From a virus (taxonomy: Duplodnaviria > Caudoviricetes), in IMG/VR virus record IMGVR_UViG_3300027896_000056, positions 1 to 54,075 of that record: DNA of 54,075 nucleotides. One strand, given 5' to 3'. Positions 1 to 9,663 of the stretch are shown in pieces (position 1 is the stretch's first letter; every line of letters begins with the position of its first letter). The notes under the pieces are model-generated. The model saw only the letters and a list, made by a program, of their open reading frames with translations. It had not been told where the DNA came from and did no database searches. Both the position numbers and the translations under genes were made by a program.

Positions 1-255
1 TATATTTGGATTGCAGTAGCAGTTGTCTCTTATGGCATTTATTGTTATTTGCTAGGCAGAGGTAAGATTGAGTTTCACGATGATAGTGATAGTCAGCCAA
101 TTACATTCATTATGTTCTTTGCTTGTGCTGCATGGCCATTTGCAATAACTGCTTTAGCTATGGTTGGTCCCTTTATTCTGCTACACAAGCTAGGTTCCAA
201 GCACCGGAAAATTGATAAAGAAAAGAAGCTGATGTGGGAAAAGCTGAAGGCTTGA
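1..255 (+). CDS. membrane protein, 5'-truncated by window edge
   Basis: Frame open from base 1; two hydrophobic segments. Confidence 0.6.
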   Translation, partial: YIWIAVAVVSYGIYCYLLGRGKIEFHDDSDSQPITFIMFFACAAWPFAITALAMVGPFILLHKLGSKHRKIDKEKKLMWEKLKA

Positions 256-335
256 TAGATATAACGAATCCAATATAATTTTCGGTTATTTGAACACGAC
301 AATAGTTATATTTTGCACATTAAGTAACTTTTTGG

Positions 336-364
336 TTGACAGCCGGATCGAGCCGAGCTATGCA
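336..364 (+). promoter_or_regulatory. sigma70-type early promoter
   Basis: GG-TTGACA (336-341), 17 nt, TATGCA; T-rich upstream. Confidence 0.6.
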
Positions 365-395
365 TTGCTCATAGATTCTAACAAAGGATTTCAAA

Positions 396-1058
396 ATGAG
401 TTTTTATCGCAATAGCTCTGCTCGCAAAGTCTTTGATCCCGTTCGCTTCAATACTCGTGAAGCGTTTGCTGCTGCGTGTGCTGCTCAGCGCGTGAACGGA
501 GAGTATCTCAAGCAGGGTGAGTATGATGAACAGGGCGATCAGACGCGCATTGCAAACAAGTATCTGACCCGCGATTTTCTCGACGGAAAGTTTGACATCC
601 GCGATGAAGATCGTGAATTGTCTGAACTCGTGATTCGTCACTTTCAGTCTCTGACTTTCAAGATTTTGCAGGGGGAAGTACTCTCCGATTTCGAAAGCAA
701 GGCTATGGCATGTGCGGCTAGCGAAGATGTTGGTTTGTTCGACATTGCTGTGATTTCTTCGCTTCCGTCTTGCTATATTCGCAATGAAGCGAAAGCTGCT
801 ATCAATCGCCGTCTGCGTGATGCTAATGGGCATGTCGGTCAGGTCGGTGACAAGCTGGAATTGACTGTCGAAGTTCTTCGCTGCAATTACTCGCAGCAGT
901 GGAACACGTGGTTCATCACAGGTATCACTGCCGATAACAAATCGGTGTTTTTCAGCTTCAAGCGTCTTGTCGCTACTGGTTCTACTATGAACATTATGGG
1001 TAAGGTCAAGGCTCACCGCGAAGATGCCACTCAGCTTAATTATGTGAAGGAGGTGTAA
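396..1058 (+). CDS. conserved phage protein with C-terminal OB-fold-like domain
   Basis: AAGGA RBS; C-terminal HVGQVGDKLELTVEV...GKVKAH...TQLNYVK pattern. Confidence 0.6.
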   Translation: MSFYRNSSARKVFDPVRFNTREAFAAACAAQRVNGEYLKQGEYDEQGDQTRIANKYLTRDFLDGKFDIRDEDRELSELVIRHFQSLTFKILQGEVLSDFESKAMACAASEDVGLFDIAVISSLPSCYIRNEAKAAINRRLRDANGHVGQVGDKLELTVEVLRCNYSQQWNTWFITGITADNKSVFFSFKRLVATGSTMNIMGKVKAHREDATQLNYVKEV

Positions 1059-1059
1059 G

Positions 1060-1221
1060 ATGGATTACGAGTTCAAATGGTATGTGATTGCGGTTGCGGT
1101 CATCTTCTTGGTAATGTTTGGTTCGCTCGGATATACCGAACACACCAAGAGTGAATGTCTGCAAGCATATGCTCAAACCAATCGCAGTGCTGCTGAGATT
1201 AAGCAGATTTGCGGGAACTAA
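1060..1221 (+). CDS. small membrane protein (53 aa, not in ORF track)
   Basis: GGAGG RBS; MDYEFKWYVIAVAVIFLVMFG...QICGN. Confidence 0.65.
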   Translation: MDYEFKWYVIAVAVIFLVMFGSLGYTEHTKSECLQAYAQTNRSAAEIKQICGN

Positions 1222-1227
1222 CACCCG

Positions 1228-1452
1228 ATGTTCGGGGCGCGGGAAGCATTCATTAAGGATTTTTGCAATGCAGGTCACGGCGTGAAAGGTCGTGGTGATT
1301 GGAAATCCTTCTTTGCCTGGTTCCCCGTCAAAACTGAGAACAAGTATATTTGGCTCAAGAAAGTTTACCGCAGACAAATCTACTATAGACTCGGTGATCA
1401 GATATTAGTAGAGTATGAATATGGTAATCTGTTTACCATACTGAAAGGTTAA
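1228..1452 (+). CDS. hypothetical protein (W-x-x-x-FAWFPV type)
   Basis: ORF in operon; WKSFFAWFPVK motif resembles WDRHFSLFPRK of 4295..4504. Confidence 0.6.
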   Translation: MFGAREAFIKDFCNAGHGVKGRGDWKSFFAWFPVKTENKYIWLKKVYRRQIYYRLGDQILVEYEYGNLFTILKG

Positions 1453-1456
1453 AACG

Positions 1457-1648
1457 ATGAACAAGAAGCAAAAGTTTTTCGCATGGTTAGTTGTAATCTG
1501 GGACGCGGTGTTCCTGTTGCTTGCTGGTAGCAGCCTCGCATATGATTACAATCACCCACATTTCTGGTCTATTGCGTTGAATCTTTTCCTGTTTTTCTTT
1601 TGGGCACTTTCGTTCATTAGTGATACCGAAAGGCTTCGTCAGAGGTGA
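1457..1648 (+). CDS. small two-TM membrane protein
   Basis: Two hydrophobic helices; AAAGG RBS. Confidence 0.6.
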   Translation: MNKKQKFFAWLVVIWDAVFLLLAGSSLAYDYNHPHFWSIALNLFLFFFWALSFISDTERLRQR

Positions 1649-1651
1649 CAC

Positions 1652-1858
1652 ATGTACATGTCAGAGCAGGCATTTGACAATCTGACAGATTGGTTGCTTG
1701 ACACTGGTCATGATTGGAAAAGTATTGGTATCAGTAATATGTATATCAACAAAGTTATTGTTCCTGCTGCTGGTCTGTATCTCGTAGACTGGGTAAACCG
1801 TCAGTTTGAAATCATCGATGAGAAGCGGTATGTAGCCTTTTCGTTGATGTATCTATGA
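1652..1858 (+). CDS. microprotein, FxL(R/K)(W/Y) C-terminal family #1
   Basis: Ends FEIIDEKRYVAFSLMYL*; ATGA overlap with next gene. Confidence 0.7.
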   Translation: MYMSEQAFDNLTDWLLDTGHDWKSIGISNMYINKVIVPAAGLYLVDWVNRQFEIIDEKRYVAFSLMYL

Positions 1859-2076
1859 CTTGCCTCTGGACACTGAAGGAACAGGGTGTTCGCTTCACCT
1901 ACCAACCTTCAGTTAAAACCTTTTTTTGGGTTGACGAAAAGTTTTATACTGCTAATAAAGAAGAGATTCTTGAATGGGCTGAGCGATATAACTGTGAGGT
2001 TCCTTCAAAAACTTATGGTTGGGTAACTTGTCCCGATGACGATGTTGTATTGATTTTTAGGATGATGTGGTCATGA
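1855..2076 (+). CDS. microprotein family #2
   Basis: Ends PDDDVVLIFRMMWS*; ATGA overlap. Confidence 0.7.
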   Translation: MTCLWTLKEQGVRFTYQPSVKTFFWVDEKFYTANKEEILEWAERYNCEVPSKTYGWVTCPDDDVVLIFRMMWS

Positions 2077-2318
2077 TCTTAGATGTTTCAAGTTACCCAG
2101 TAATCACTGATATGCCGTCTCGTGTCATTGACCAGTGGTTAAATGACAACATTGGACCACTCATTTCGGCTGATGCAGGTGAACTTGGGTGTGACAGTTG
2201 GGGAACTGGGTGGCGTCTTTATTGGCATACAAGCGAAGACTACGGTGTCTGTGGTAAATGGTTGCTTGACGTTGATGACGAATCTAAAATAACTCTGTTT
2301 CTGTTGAGGTGGTCATGA
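2073..2318 (+). CDS. microprotein family #3
   Basis: Start moved to ATGA overlap; ends VDDESKITLFLLRWS*. Confidence 0.7.
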   Translation: MILDVSSYPVITDMPSRVIDQWLNDNIGPLISADAGELGCDSWGTGWRLYWHTSEDYGVCGKWLLDVDDESKITLFLLRWS

Positions 2319-2524
2319 AATGGGTTCGTGAGCATAGTAAGCCTTATAGGCTGGAACTGAAATATAATCTTAGCGAGGAACGTTGGTCAGAAGTTCAAGA
2401 TACACTAAATGAAGCTAAGAAGTGGTGTAGACAGAACAATATGTTTATCTGGGACGATGGGTTGTTCTACATTGGTTTCATTAACCATCGTGATTTAGCT
2501 TGGTTTCTTTTGAGGTGGTCATGA
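2315..2524 (+). CDS. microprotein family #4
   Basis: GAGGTG RBS; ends FINHRDLAWFLLRWS*. Confidence 0.7.
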   Translation: MKWVREHSKPYRLELKYNLSEERWSEVQDTLNEAKKWCRQNNMFIWDDGLFYIGFINHRDLAWFLLRWS

Positions 2525-2808
2525 GTTACTATGAAGCAAAAGATAGAGAACTGTACTCTAAGCTGATTCAGTTTTATCCTAGGGTAGAACCTGGTCATGC
2601 GTTTGTATCCAATCTCTTTAACGAGTTTGAAAAGCAAGATGCTATGCCCAATTATGCGGGCCATATAAATTCATGGGCCAAACGGCTTGAGCAGTGGCTG
2701 CCCGGTAAAGTCGGTTTAATTAGAAATCCAGATGATGCTGATAATTGGGACACGTTTATTGTTGTTGATCAAGGGTTGTATGCCTTTGCATTGTTGAGGT
2801 ATTCATAA
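2521..2808 (+). CDS. microprotein family #5
   Basis: GAGGTG RBS; ends VVDQGLYAFALLRYS*. Confidence 0.7.
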   Translation: MSYYEAKDRELYSKLIQFYPRVEPGHAFVSNLFNEFEKQDAMPNYAGHINSWAKRLEQWLPGKVGLIRNPDDADNWDTFIVVDQGLYAFALLRYS

Positions 2809-3017
2809 TGAGACTGTATTTTAAAGACACGAAAATGATGTATAAAGAGATTAGCGACCTTATGACAAAATCATTTGGCCCTGCAGGTCCTGATACGTGG
2901 CAGAACGGTTGTACAACACACACTGAATCTGTAAATAATGGGCACTTCGGCGGATATGTTGAAATCTATGATACCGAAAATCCTCTTGCTACGTTCATCC
3001 CGCTGAGTTGGTCATGA
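2808..3017 (+). CDS. microprotein family #6
   Basis: TAATG overlap; ends LATFIPLSWS*. Confidence 0.7.
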   Translation: MRLYFKDTKMMYKEISDLMTKSFGPAGPDTWQNGCTTHTESVNNGHFGGYVEIYDTENPLATFIPLSWS

Positions 3018-3238
3018 AAACTGCATTTACATTCAAGCGATGGTGGTGGGGTATAGATCACGAAGATCAACCTCCCCAATGGTGGAAAAACTTCCTTGAT
3101 GCATATAGCCCGTCGGGAGAAGCTGCATATAAAGAACTTAGTAAGATTGCTAAAGTTAGACACAAGACCAACGGAAATATCCGTGTAGTGTTCAACAGCC
3201 CGGGTGACCTTGCGTTTTTCATTTTAAAGTGGTCATGA
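3014..3238 (+). CDS. microprotein family #7
   Basis: Ends VFNSPGDLAFFILKWS*. Confidence 0.7.
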   Translation: MKTAFTFKRWWWGIDHEDQPPQWWKNFLDAYSPSGEAAYKELSKIAKVRHKTNGNIRVVFNSPGDLAFFILKWS

Positions 3239-3429
3239 AAACTATAAAACTTTCTTCTGCGAAATGGCGAGAAGTGGCTTTGGAATACAAACCTAAGACT
3301 AACTTTGATAACGTTATGCATGATGTTTATGGATTAAAGCGTGTAATTCTACAAGATGACATTTTTGGACATTATTACAAAGTCTTGGATGAACAAAAAT
3401 ATCTTATGTTTGTATTGAGGTGGGCATGA
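3235..3429 (+). CDS. microprotein family #8
   Basis: Ends VLDEQKYLMFVLRWA*. Confidence 0.7.
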   Translation: MKTIKLSSAKWREVALEYKPKTNFDNVMHDVYGLKRVILQDDIFGHYYKVLDEQKYLMFVLRWA

Positions 3430-3626
3430 TTAACATGATGATTACGCTAGAAAAATACTATGAGCTAGCTGGTCTGATCAATGATGGACTTGGTACTGAA
3501 CTGGGAAAGTTTCAGCGAGTGTACAAATGTAATCCCATGCTACTTGCCGGTGCTGAACCAGGCACACTAAGATTAGATTTTGATGAAGAAAAAGATATGG
3601 TTTGGTTTAAGTTGAAATATCTATGA
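3426..3626 (+). CDS. microprotein family #9
   Basis: Ends FDEEKDMVWFKLKYL*. Confidence 0.7.
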   Translation: MINMMITLEKYYELAGLINDGLGTELGKFQRVYKCNPMLLAGAEPGTLRLDFDEEKDMVWFKLKYL

Positions 3627-3886
3627 GTAAGAAAACTATCAGAGAGTCTACCCACTTCAAGTTCATTCAGAGCAAACACGCTCCGCCGGGTAATCAATGG
3701 GCACAGCCGTTGTATATCATTGACGCTCGTAAGGGGTGGACTGCTACTAGCATTGATATGGAAGAGGTCAGAAACATTGTTGATCCTAATCGCAATATCA
3801 GCGGTAAGAATGGTACTCGTTGGAAGTTCCGCAAGTTTGAAGATGCTGACAAACTGTGGATGTATCTTGTATTGAGGTATTCGTAA
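3623..3886 (+). CDS. microprotein family #10
   Basis: Ends FEDADKLWMYLVLRYS*. Confidence 0.7.
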   Translation: MSKKTIRESTHFKFIQSKHAPPGNQWAQPLYIIDARKGWTATSIDMEEVRNIVDPNRNISGKNGTRWKFRKFEDADKLWMYLVLRYS

Positions 3887-4293
3887 TGCAATATACTCTC
3901 CCTAGCGATGGCTCAACAAGTGAAATGTTTTGGGATGCACAAGAACGTGCATACGGAGGCGTTTATGTAGAATGTAGGTGTGGCATACAGCATTACGCGG
4001 TCGATTCACGATATGCACATGAATATGATGAAGATGCTCTTATTCCGGAAGAATCAGACGAGGGTGACTACAAAGTTAAACATCATCATGGCTGTGATAG
4101 TGTAGCTCATTTTGAGTTTATTGGACAACAGTTTGTGTATGGATGTGATGGATGCTCTAAGTATCTGCACCGATATGAAGATTTCATTTGGGCAGAACGT
4201 GACACTATTAGAAATTATCTCAAAATCAGGATTGATCAAGAGAAAAAGTGGGCCGATCAGGAACATTTGAAAAACATTTTGGCAGGAATATGA
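3886..4293 (+). CDS. hypothetical Cys/His-containing protein
   Basis: TAATG overlap, GAGGT RBS; CRCGIQH and CDGC motifs. Confidence 0.65.
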   Translation: MQYTLPSDGSTSEMFWDAQERAYGGVYVECRCGIQHYAVDSRYAHEYDEDALIPEESDEGDYKVKHHHGCDSVAHFEFIGQQFVYGCDGCSKYLHRYEDFIWAERDTIRNYLKIRIDQEKKWADQEHLKNILAGI

Positions 4294-4294
4294 T

Positions 4295-4504
4295 ATGGCA
4301 TACTATTATGACGATGATCAGTATAGACCCAAACAGCAGTGGGATCGGCATTTCTCTCTGTTCCCAAGAAAGTGTGGCCGCAGTGGAAAATCCCTGTGGT
4401 TTAAATGGGGATATCGCTTAAGAGATTACCCTGATGTAACTTGGCCGGATGATTTTTGGATATCTGAACGAGAATATATGTGGATGGTGCTGAAACAAGA
4501 TTGA
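4295..4504 (+). CDS. hypothetical protein
   Basis: AGGA RBS; resembles 1228..1452. Confidence 0.6.
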   Translation: MAYYYDDDQYRPKQQWDRHFSLFPRKCGRSGKSLWFKWGYRLRDYPDVTWPDDFWISEREYMWMVLKQD

Positions 4505-4529
4505 CAAACACCTGTGTTTGTTATATACT
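4501..4529 (+). promoter_or_regulatory. sigma70-type promoter for ligase
   Basis: TTGACA-17-TATACT. Confidence 0.7.
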
Positions 4530-4552
4530 CAAGCATATTAAGGAGATATTAC

Positions 4553-5902
4553 GTGTCTGCATCTTGGATTCAAAAGCTCAACGAAAGTGATTCGCGCCTT
4601 CACAAGGAAGATGTGATCAGGCAGGCACTTACTGCTGCAAAGCTGGGTAACATCATTTCTACTCGTTTCTTGCGAGGACTGAATTGGTGCTATAATCCAT
4701 ATATGACCTTTGGTATCAAGCAGATTCCTGATACAGTTGGCATTGTTGATGCTGAAAACCCATATGAAGATTTCTTCATTGTGATGAAGGACCTCAATGA
4801 GCGTAGGCTGACTGGTCATGATGCTCGTGATGCTATTGCTGAATTGGCTGAACGATTTGATAGTGATGAATGGAACCTATTCCTCGCGCCGATCCTTCGT
4901 CGTGATATGCGTAGCGGCATCAGTGTTACTACTATCAACAAGATTTGTAAGGGCACTGACTGGGAGATTCCCGTATTCAGTTGTCAGCTTGCTACTAACA
5001 GCGAAGGTCGCCCTGAAATGCGTGGCACCAAGCGGCTTGAACCTAAGTTGGATGGTGTTCGGGTATTGATGGTGGTTAATATCACTGATAGCGGCACCTA
5101 TTCAACATGCTATAGTCGTAACGGTAAGGTCTTTGAAAACTTCAAGCATATTGAAGACCAGATTCTGGAAAATTTGGCTAAGTTGCTACATGCTCGTCAC
5201 AAGATTTCTATCCTCGGTTCTGATATTACTCGTGGGTTTGTACTTGATGGTGAAGTTGTAGGTAACAGCTTCCAAGAACTGATGCGACAAGCCCGGCGTA
5301 AAGAAAATGTCACAGCCGAAGACAGCGTATTTCATATCTTTGATATTCTTCCTATCGCTGATTTCAGTCGCGGTCATTGGAATGCACAGTTGAGCAAGCG
5401 CATTAAGTTGCTTGAAGCTATGCATCCTGCAATTGACAAGATGCCCAATGTAGAACTGCTTCCTCACATCGAAGTTAATCTTGATGAACACGAAGGTCGT
5501 AGCAAGTTTGAGCGTTACTGCCGTGATATGGTTGAAGCCGGTTACGAGGGCGTTATGATCAAGGACCTCGATAGTCCTTATCTCTGTAAGCGCAGTACCA
5601 GTTGGATGAAGTATAAGCCCACGATCACTGTTGATCTTCAAGTTATTGGTCTTGAAGAAGGAACTGGTCGCAACAAGAACCGTTTGGGCGCACTTGTTTG
5701 CAATGGGATTGACGATGATAAGGAAATCACTGTCAATGCCGGTAGCGGGTTCAGTGATAGTGAGCGTGACAGCCTTTGGGAAGATCGCAACTTGATTGTA
5801 GGTCGTACTGTTGAAATTATGGCTGATGCTATCACTCAGAATCAAGATGGCACTTACAGTCTTCGTTTTCCCCGTTTCGTTCGTTTTAGGGATGATAAGT
5901 GA
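4553..5902 (+). CDS. lig: ATP-dependent DNA ligase
   Basis: Motif I EPKLDGVR, LDGE, EGVMIK, WMKYKP, C-terminal SLRFPRFVRFRDDK; GTG start after AAGGAG. Confidence 0.95.
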   Translation: MSASWIQKLNESDSRLHKEDVIRQALTAAKLGNIISTRFLRGLNWCYNPYMTFGIKQIPDTVGIVDAENPYEDFFIVMKDLNERRLTGHDARDAIAELAERFDSDEWNLFLAPILRRDMRSGISVTTINKICKGTDWEIPVFSCQLATNSEGRPEMRGTKRLEPKLDGVRVLMVVNITDSGTYSTCYSRNGKVFENFKHIEDQILENLAKLLHARHKISILGSDITRGFVLDGEVVGNSFQELMRQARRKENVTAEDSVFHIFDILPIADFSRGHWNAQLSKRIKLLEAMHPAIDKMPNVELLPHIEVNLDEHEGRSKFERYCRDMVEAGYEGVMIKDLDSPYLCKRSTSWMKYKPTITVDLQVIGLEEGTGRNKNRLGALVCNGIDDDKEITVNAGSGFSDSERDSLWEDRNLIVGRTVEIMADAITQNQDGTYSLRFPRFVRFRDDK

Positions 5903-6171
5903 TGGCTTATCATAATGAACGAAACGGTTGGGTAGACAACGGTAAGAAGTTGAATAACGAACCATGTCCAAACTGCGGCAGTAAGAACTTCACGGAAACC
6001 GTGAGTCGTGAATACTGCCCTGATTGTAAGATGGAATGTGACTATTGGGGCGACGGTTCTAACGAAGTATATGATGCATATTGTGAGCGTAAGTGGTCCG
6101 AGGATGAACGGCGACGAGAAGAAGACTTTCGTAGACAAATGCGCGAAGAATGGGGCGACCACAATAGATAA
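5902..6171 (+). CDS. zinc-ribbon protein
   Basis: CPNC...CPDC. Confidence 0.6.
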   Translation: MAYHNERNGWVDNGKKLNNEPCPNCGSKNFTETVSREYCPDCKMECDYWGDGSNEVYDAYCERKWSEDERRREEDFRRQMREEWGDHNR

Positions 6172-6205
6172 CAGTATACCTTCCAAAGAAGAACAAATCT
6201 TGGAA

Positions 6206-6400
6206 ATGTTCAAGTGGCTTGAAGAAAATGCAGAAGCACTAGGTGGATGCTCTGACGGAAACTGCGTGATTCATAAACCAAAAGGTATGCACACTAACGG
6301 TGGATGCAGATGTGCATCTGATAGAAACAGAATTTATAGATACGTTCAATATGTTGCCTATTTTCGCAGCAAAGTTCGTAAAATACGGGATGAAAACTAA
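6206..6400 (+). CDS. hypothetical Cys-rich protein (start uncertain)
   Basis: GCSDGNC...GMHTNGGCRC. Confidence 0.5.
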   Translation: MFKWLEENAEALGGCSDGNCVIHKPKGMHTNGGCRCASDRNRIYRYVQYVAYFRSKVRKIRDEN

Positions 6401-6606
6401 TGATTAATGCTATGTTTGGGGGCGATGCACGCCTGACAGGTAACGATACTGATTATAATCGTTGCCATAGTTGCGGATTGATCACGACTACTCTTCCAGT
6501 TGGTATCAGTCACGAAGAGGTTTGTGTGGAATGTGCGGAAAAGGAAGAGTTCGTTACTGTGACTCGTATGATGGAATGCATCATTGTTGAGGACTCAGAA
6601 TCCTAA
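6400..6606 (+). CDS. small zinc-finger protein
   Basis: CHSC...CVEC; TAATG overlaps. Confidence 0.55.
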   Translation: MINAMFGGDARLTGNDTDYNRCHSCGLITTTLPVGISHEEVCVECAEKEEFVTVTRMMECIIVEDSES

Positions 6607-6830
6607 TGGAAGACGATGACGGTCCAAAAATGGAAGACTACATGTGGATTGTAGGAAAATCCCGTGTGTTCGAGGACGGCGATAGTATCGAAGTCATTCA
6701 GATTAAGCGCAGAGAAACAGGTCCTTGGGTAACCTTCCATATCACTCAGGGCCCGGGAATTCCTCGTAAGCTACTGCTGACTTTGGAAGAATTTAATTCT
6801 TCATACGGACATCTGTTCGAAAGAGACTGA
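6606..6830 (+). CDS. hypothetical protein
   Basis: Coupled ORF. Confidence 0.6.
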   Translation: MEDDDGPKMEDYMWIVGKSRVFEDGDSIEVIQIKRRETGPWVTFHITQGPGIPRKLLLTLEEFNSSYGHLFERD

Positions 6831-6846
6831 AACGACTAAATATATC

Positions 6847-8415
6847 ATGTTCTTAAAAAAGTTATTTAGTTTTGCTACATTAACCTTATTAGTTGCTCTC
6901 ACTCTGAGTAGTATTGCGGCTTGGTATTCCGTATTAGGATTGACTGCGATCTTCGCCGCAGCCGTAATTCCAATCACGATCATGGGCGGATCGCTCGAAA
7001 TTGCCAAAGTTGTAACAACGGTATGGCTGCACAAATACTGGAATCGTGCTGGATGGAAGTTGAAGCTCTATCTTGTTCCCGCCGTAATCATGCTTGCATT
7101 CCTGACGAGCATGGGTATCTTTGGCTTTTTGTCTAAGGCTCACAGTGACCAATCGCTAGTAAGCGGTGACATTCAGGCCAAGATTTCAGTATACGATCAA
7201 AAGATTCAGACTGCTAAAGAAAATATCACCAGTGACCGCAAGGCTTTACAGCAAATGGACGCTGCGGTTGATCAGGTTATGGGGCGATCCACTGATGTAA
7301 GAGGTGCCCAGCAATCTACTAATATTCGCAAGTCACAGTCAAAAGAAAGAGCTAGACTTAACAAGGATATTGAAGATAATCAAACAATTATCTCTAAGCT
7401 GAATGACGAAGCTGCTCCTATTCGTGCCCAAGTGCGTAAGGTTGAAGCAGAGGTTGGTCCCGTCAAGTATATTGCTGCTTTTATCTATGGTGATAACCCT
7501 GACAATAATTTACTTGAACGTGCTGTTCGATGGGTAATCATTGTTATTGTATTTGTGTTTGATCCGCTAGCTCTTACTCTTGTTCTAGCTGCACAATCAA
7601 GTTATGAATGGCTTGATGAGGATTTGAATAAGCAAGAAGAAGAATTTGACGAAGACGATTTCAAGGAAAAGTTCTTTGATTCGAAGGGGAAGGTCGATCC
7701 TGATATTAATCTAGGATTTGATGATCCCGAAGAAGTAGTGCATGACAAATGCGGAACACCTGAATGCTGTGGACAATGCGATACTGCGGTAGATGACGAG
7801 TTCCTCGCAAAACTAAATGCCGTAAAACCTAAGGAGGTTGCCCATGATGTTTCAAATGATGTACAGTCAGATGATGTTGAATCAGATGCTTTGGTGGGAG
7901 AAGACCTACCAGAAACATCTGTTCCAGCCACAGATGAACCTGTTGAAGAACTGGAACCGAGTGAAGAGGGAACTGTCTCAGAACCTGAATCCATCGGAGA
8001 AGTAGAAATAGAGACTGAGGGCGTAACCATTCATGAAATGGAACATGGTTACGTTCAAGTTGATGGAAAACAGATGCATAAATCTGCATATTTGGGAATG
8101 CATCCTCGTCTCTTAGCATCACCAAATGACGAGAAAAGTGGCCCTGGATTTGGATCAATATTCCCTCAATTCGCAGCTAAAGGTGATGTCTTTGTACGAG
8201 TTGACACACTGCCAAACCGAGTTTACAAGTTCGACGGAGTTCGTTGGATCGAAATCAATAAAGACCTCTCCGATTCATATCTTTATGACGAAGAATATTT
8301 AAAGCATTTGGTTGCTAAGATTGAATCAGGCGAGTATGATGTCGAGCTACTTTCTGACAATGAACGCTCTCAAATCGAAGAATATCTTCAACGCACGACT
8401 AATACGGATAAATAA
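6847..8415 (+). CDS. multi-TM, coiled-coil, acidic-tail membrane protein
   Basis: 3-4 N-terminal TM helices, coiled coil, TM (FDPLAL), D/E-rich linker; preceded by CTAAATA. Confidence 0.8.
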   Translation: MFLKKLFSFATLTLLVALTLSSIAAWYSVLGLTAIFAAAVIPITIMGGSLEIAKVVTTVWLHKYWNRAGWKLKLYLVPAVIMLAFLTSMGIFGFLSKAHSDQSLVSGDIQAKISVYDQKIQTAKENITSDRKALQQMDAAVDQVMGRSTDVRGAQQSTNIRKSQSKERARLNKDIEDNQTIISKLNDEAAPIRAQVRKVEAEVGPVKYIAAFIYGDNPDNNLLERAVRWVIIVIVFVFDPLALTLVLAAQSSYEWLDEDLNKQEEEFDEDDFKEKFFDSKGKVDPDINLGFDDPEEVVHDKCGTPECCGQCDTAVDDEFLAKLNAVKPKEVAHDVSNDVQSDDVESDALVGEDLPETSVPATDEPVEELEPSEEGTVSEPESIGEVEIETEGVTIHEMEHGYVQVDGKQMHKSAYLGMHPRLLASPNDEKSGPGFGSIFPQFAAKGDVFVRVDTLPNRVYKFDGVRWIEINKDLSDSYLYDEEYLKHLVAKIESGEYDVELLSDNERSQIEEYLQRTTNTDK

Positions 8416-8420
8416 TTTAT

Positions 8421-9620
8421 ATGTCTGACAAAAAATTACACCACTGCTCCTTCTGCGGGAAGCACAAGGATCAGGTTACCAAACTAATCGTCGGTGAAGA
8501 TGTTGCAATTTGTAGCATTTGTATTGATCTATGCAATGACCTTATCGATAAGGATCATGGCGCGGAAAAGGTCAAGCAACCAGAAGATATCAGCTTTGAT
8601 GCATATTCCATCAAGGAATACCTTGACCAGCATGTCATTGGTCAAAGTGCTGCCAAAGAGGTTTTAGCCGTTGCAATTTCCAATCACTACAAGCGTATCA
8701 ACCATCCACCTAAGGATTTGGAAATCCAAAAGGGAAACGTTCTTTTTGTCGGACCAACTGGGTCAGGTAAAACATTGCTCGCAAAAACAGTTGCGAAGTG
8801 CCTTAACGTTCCATTCGTAGTAGCAGATGCTACCAATCTTACCGAAGCAGGTTATGTAGGCGAAGACGTTGAATCCATGATTGCAATGCTTCTTGCCAAT
8901 GCCGACAACGATGTTTCTTTAGCTGAACGCGGTATCGTGTTTATCGATGAGATTGACAAGATTTCTCGCAAGAGCGAGAGTGCTAGTATTACTCGTGACG
9001 TATCAGGTGAGGGTGTCCAACAGGCATTGCTTAAGCTGGTAGAAGGTGCCAAAATCCGCGTGAGCCCTGTTGGTAAGCGCAAGCATCCTCAGGCTGAAAA
9101 CATTGAGGTTGATACTAAGAATATTCTATTCATCGCCGGCGGCGCGTTCGTTGGACTTGACAATATTATCAAGGGTCGAACAGATGGAAGTTCGATTGGA
9201 TTTGGTTCTACTATTCGTTCAAAGAATGAAACTGCTGATTTGAAGCTAGTTACCCCAGACGATCTTACCCGTTTTGGTATGATTCCAGAGTTTATCGGAC
9301 GCTTTACAACTACCATCACTCTTGAGGAACTAACACTCAAACAGCTAGTAGAAGTGCTACTCAACATTAAGAATAGCTTCATTGATCAATACAAGTATCT
9401 CTTTGAACTTGATGGAATTAAGCTGACATTCACTGATGAGGCTATTCACAAGATTGCACAGAATTGCATCGACCTTAAGACAGGTGCGCGTGGTCTGCAC
9501 ACTGAAATTGAACGTGTGTTGATGCCACACATGTTCCACATTCGCAAGTACAAGGAAAACGATATTGTGGAATTGGTAATCGACACTGATTTGATTGAAA
9601 AGCCCAAAGCACTTATTTGA
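8421..9620 (+). CDS. clpX: ATP-dependent Clp protease ATPase subunit ClpX
   Basis: C4 zinc finger CSFC..CSIC, Walker [13 protein letters not shown] pore loop, Walker B FIDEID, RKH and IGF loops. Confidence 0.96.
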   Translation: MSDKKLHHCSFCGKHKDQVTKLIVGEDVAICSICIDLCNDLIDKDHGAEKVKQPEDISFDAYSIKEYLDQHVIGQSAAKEVLAVAISNHYKRINHPPKDLEIQKGNVLFVGPTGSGKTLLAKTVAKCLNVPFVVADATNLTEAGYVGEDVESMIAMLLANADNDVSLAERGIVFIDEIDKISRKSESASITRDVSGEGVQQALLKLVEGAKIRVSPVGKRKHPQAENIEVDTKNILFIAGGAFVGLDNIIKGRTDGSSIGFGSTIRSKNETADLKLVTPDDLTRFGMIPEFIGRFTTTITLEELTLKQLVEVLLNIKNSFIDQYKYLFELDGIKLTFTDEAIHKIAQNCIDLKTGARGLHTEIERVLMPHMFHIRKYKENDIVELVIDTDLIEKPKALI

Positions 9621-9663
9621 CCAAAATACTAGAAGTTTTTGCGAAAAAGTAGTATATAAGTAT

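Noticed and set aside
378-5971. Long antisense ORFs (378..1016, 5186..5971 and similar elsewhere)
   Set aside because: Shadows of well-supported genes on the opposite strand, with no motifs or RBS.
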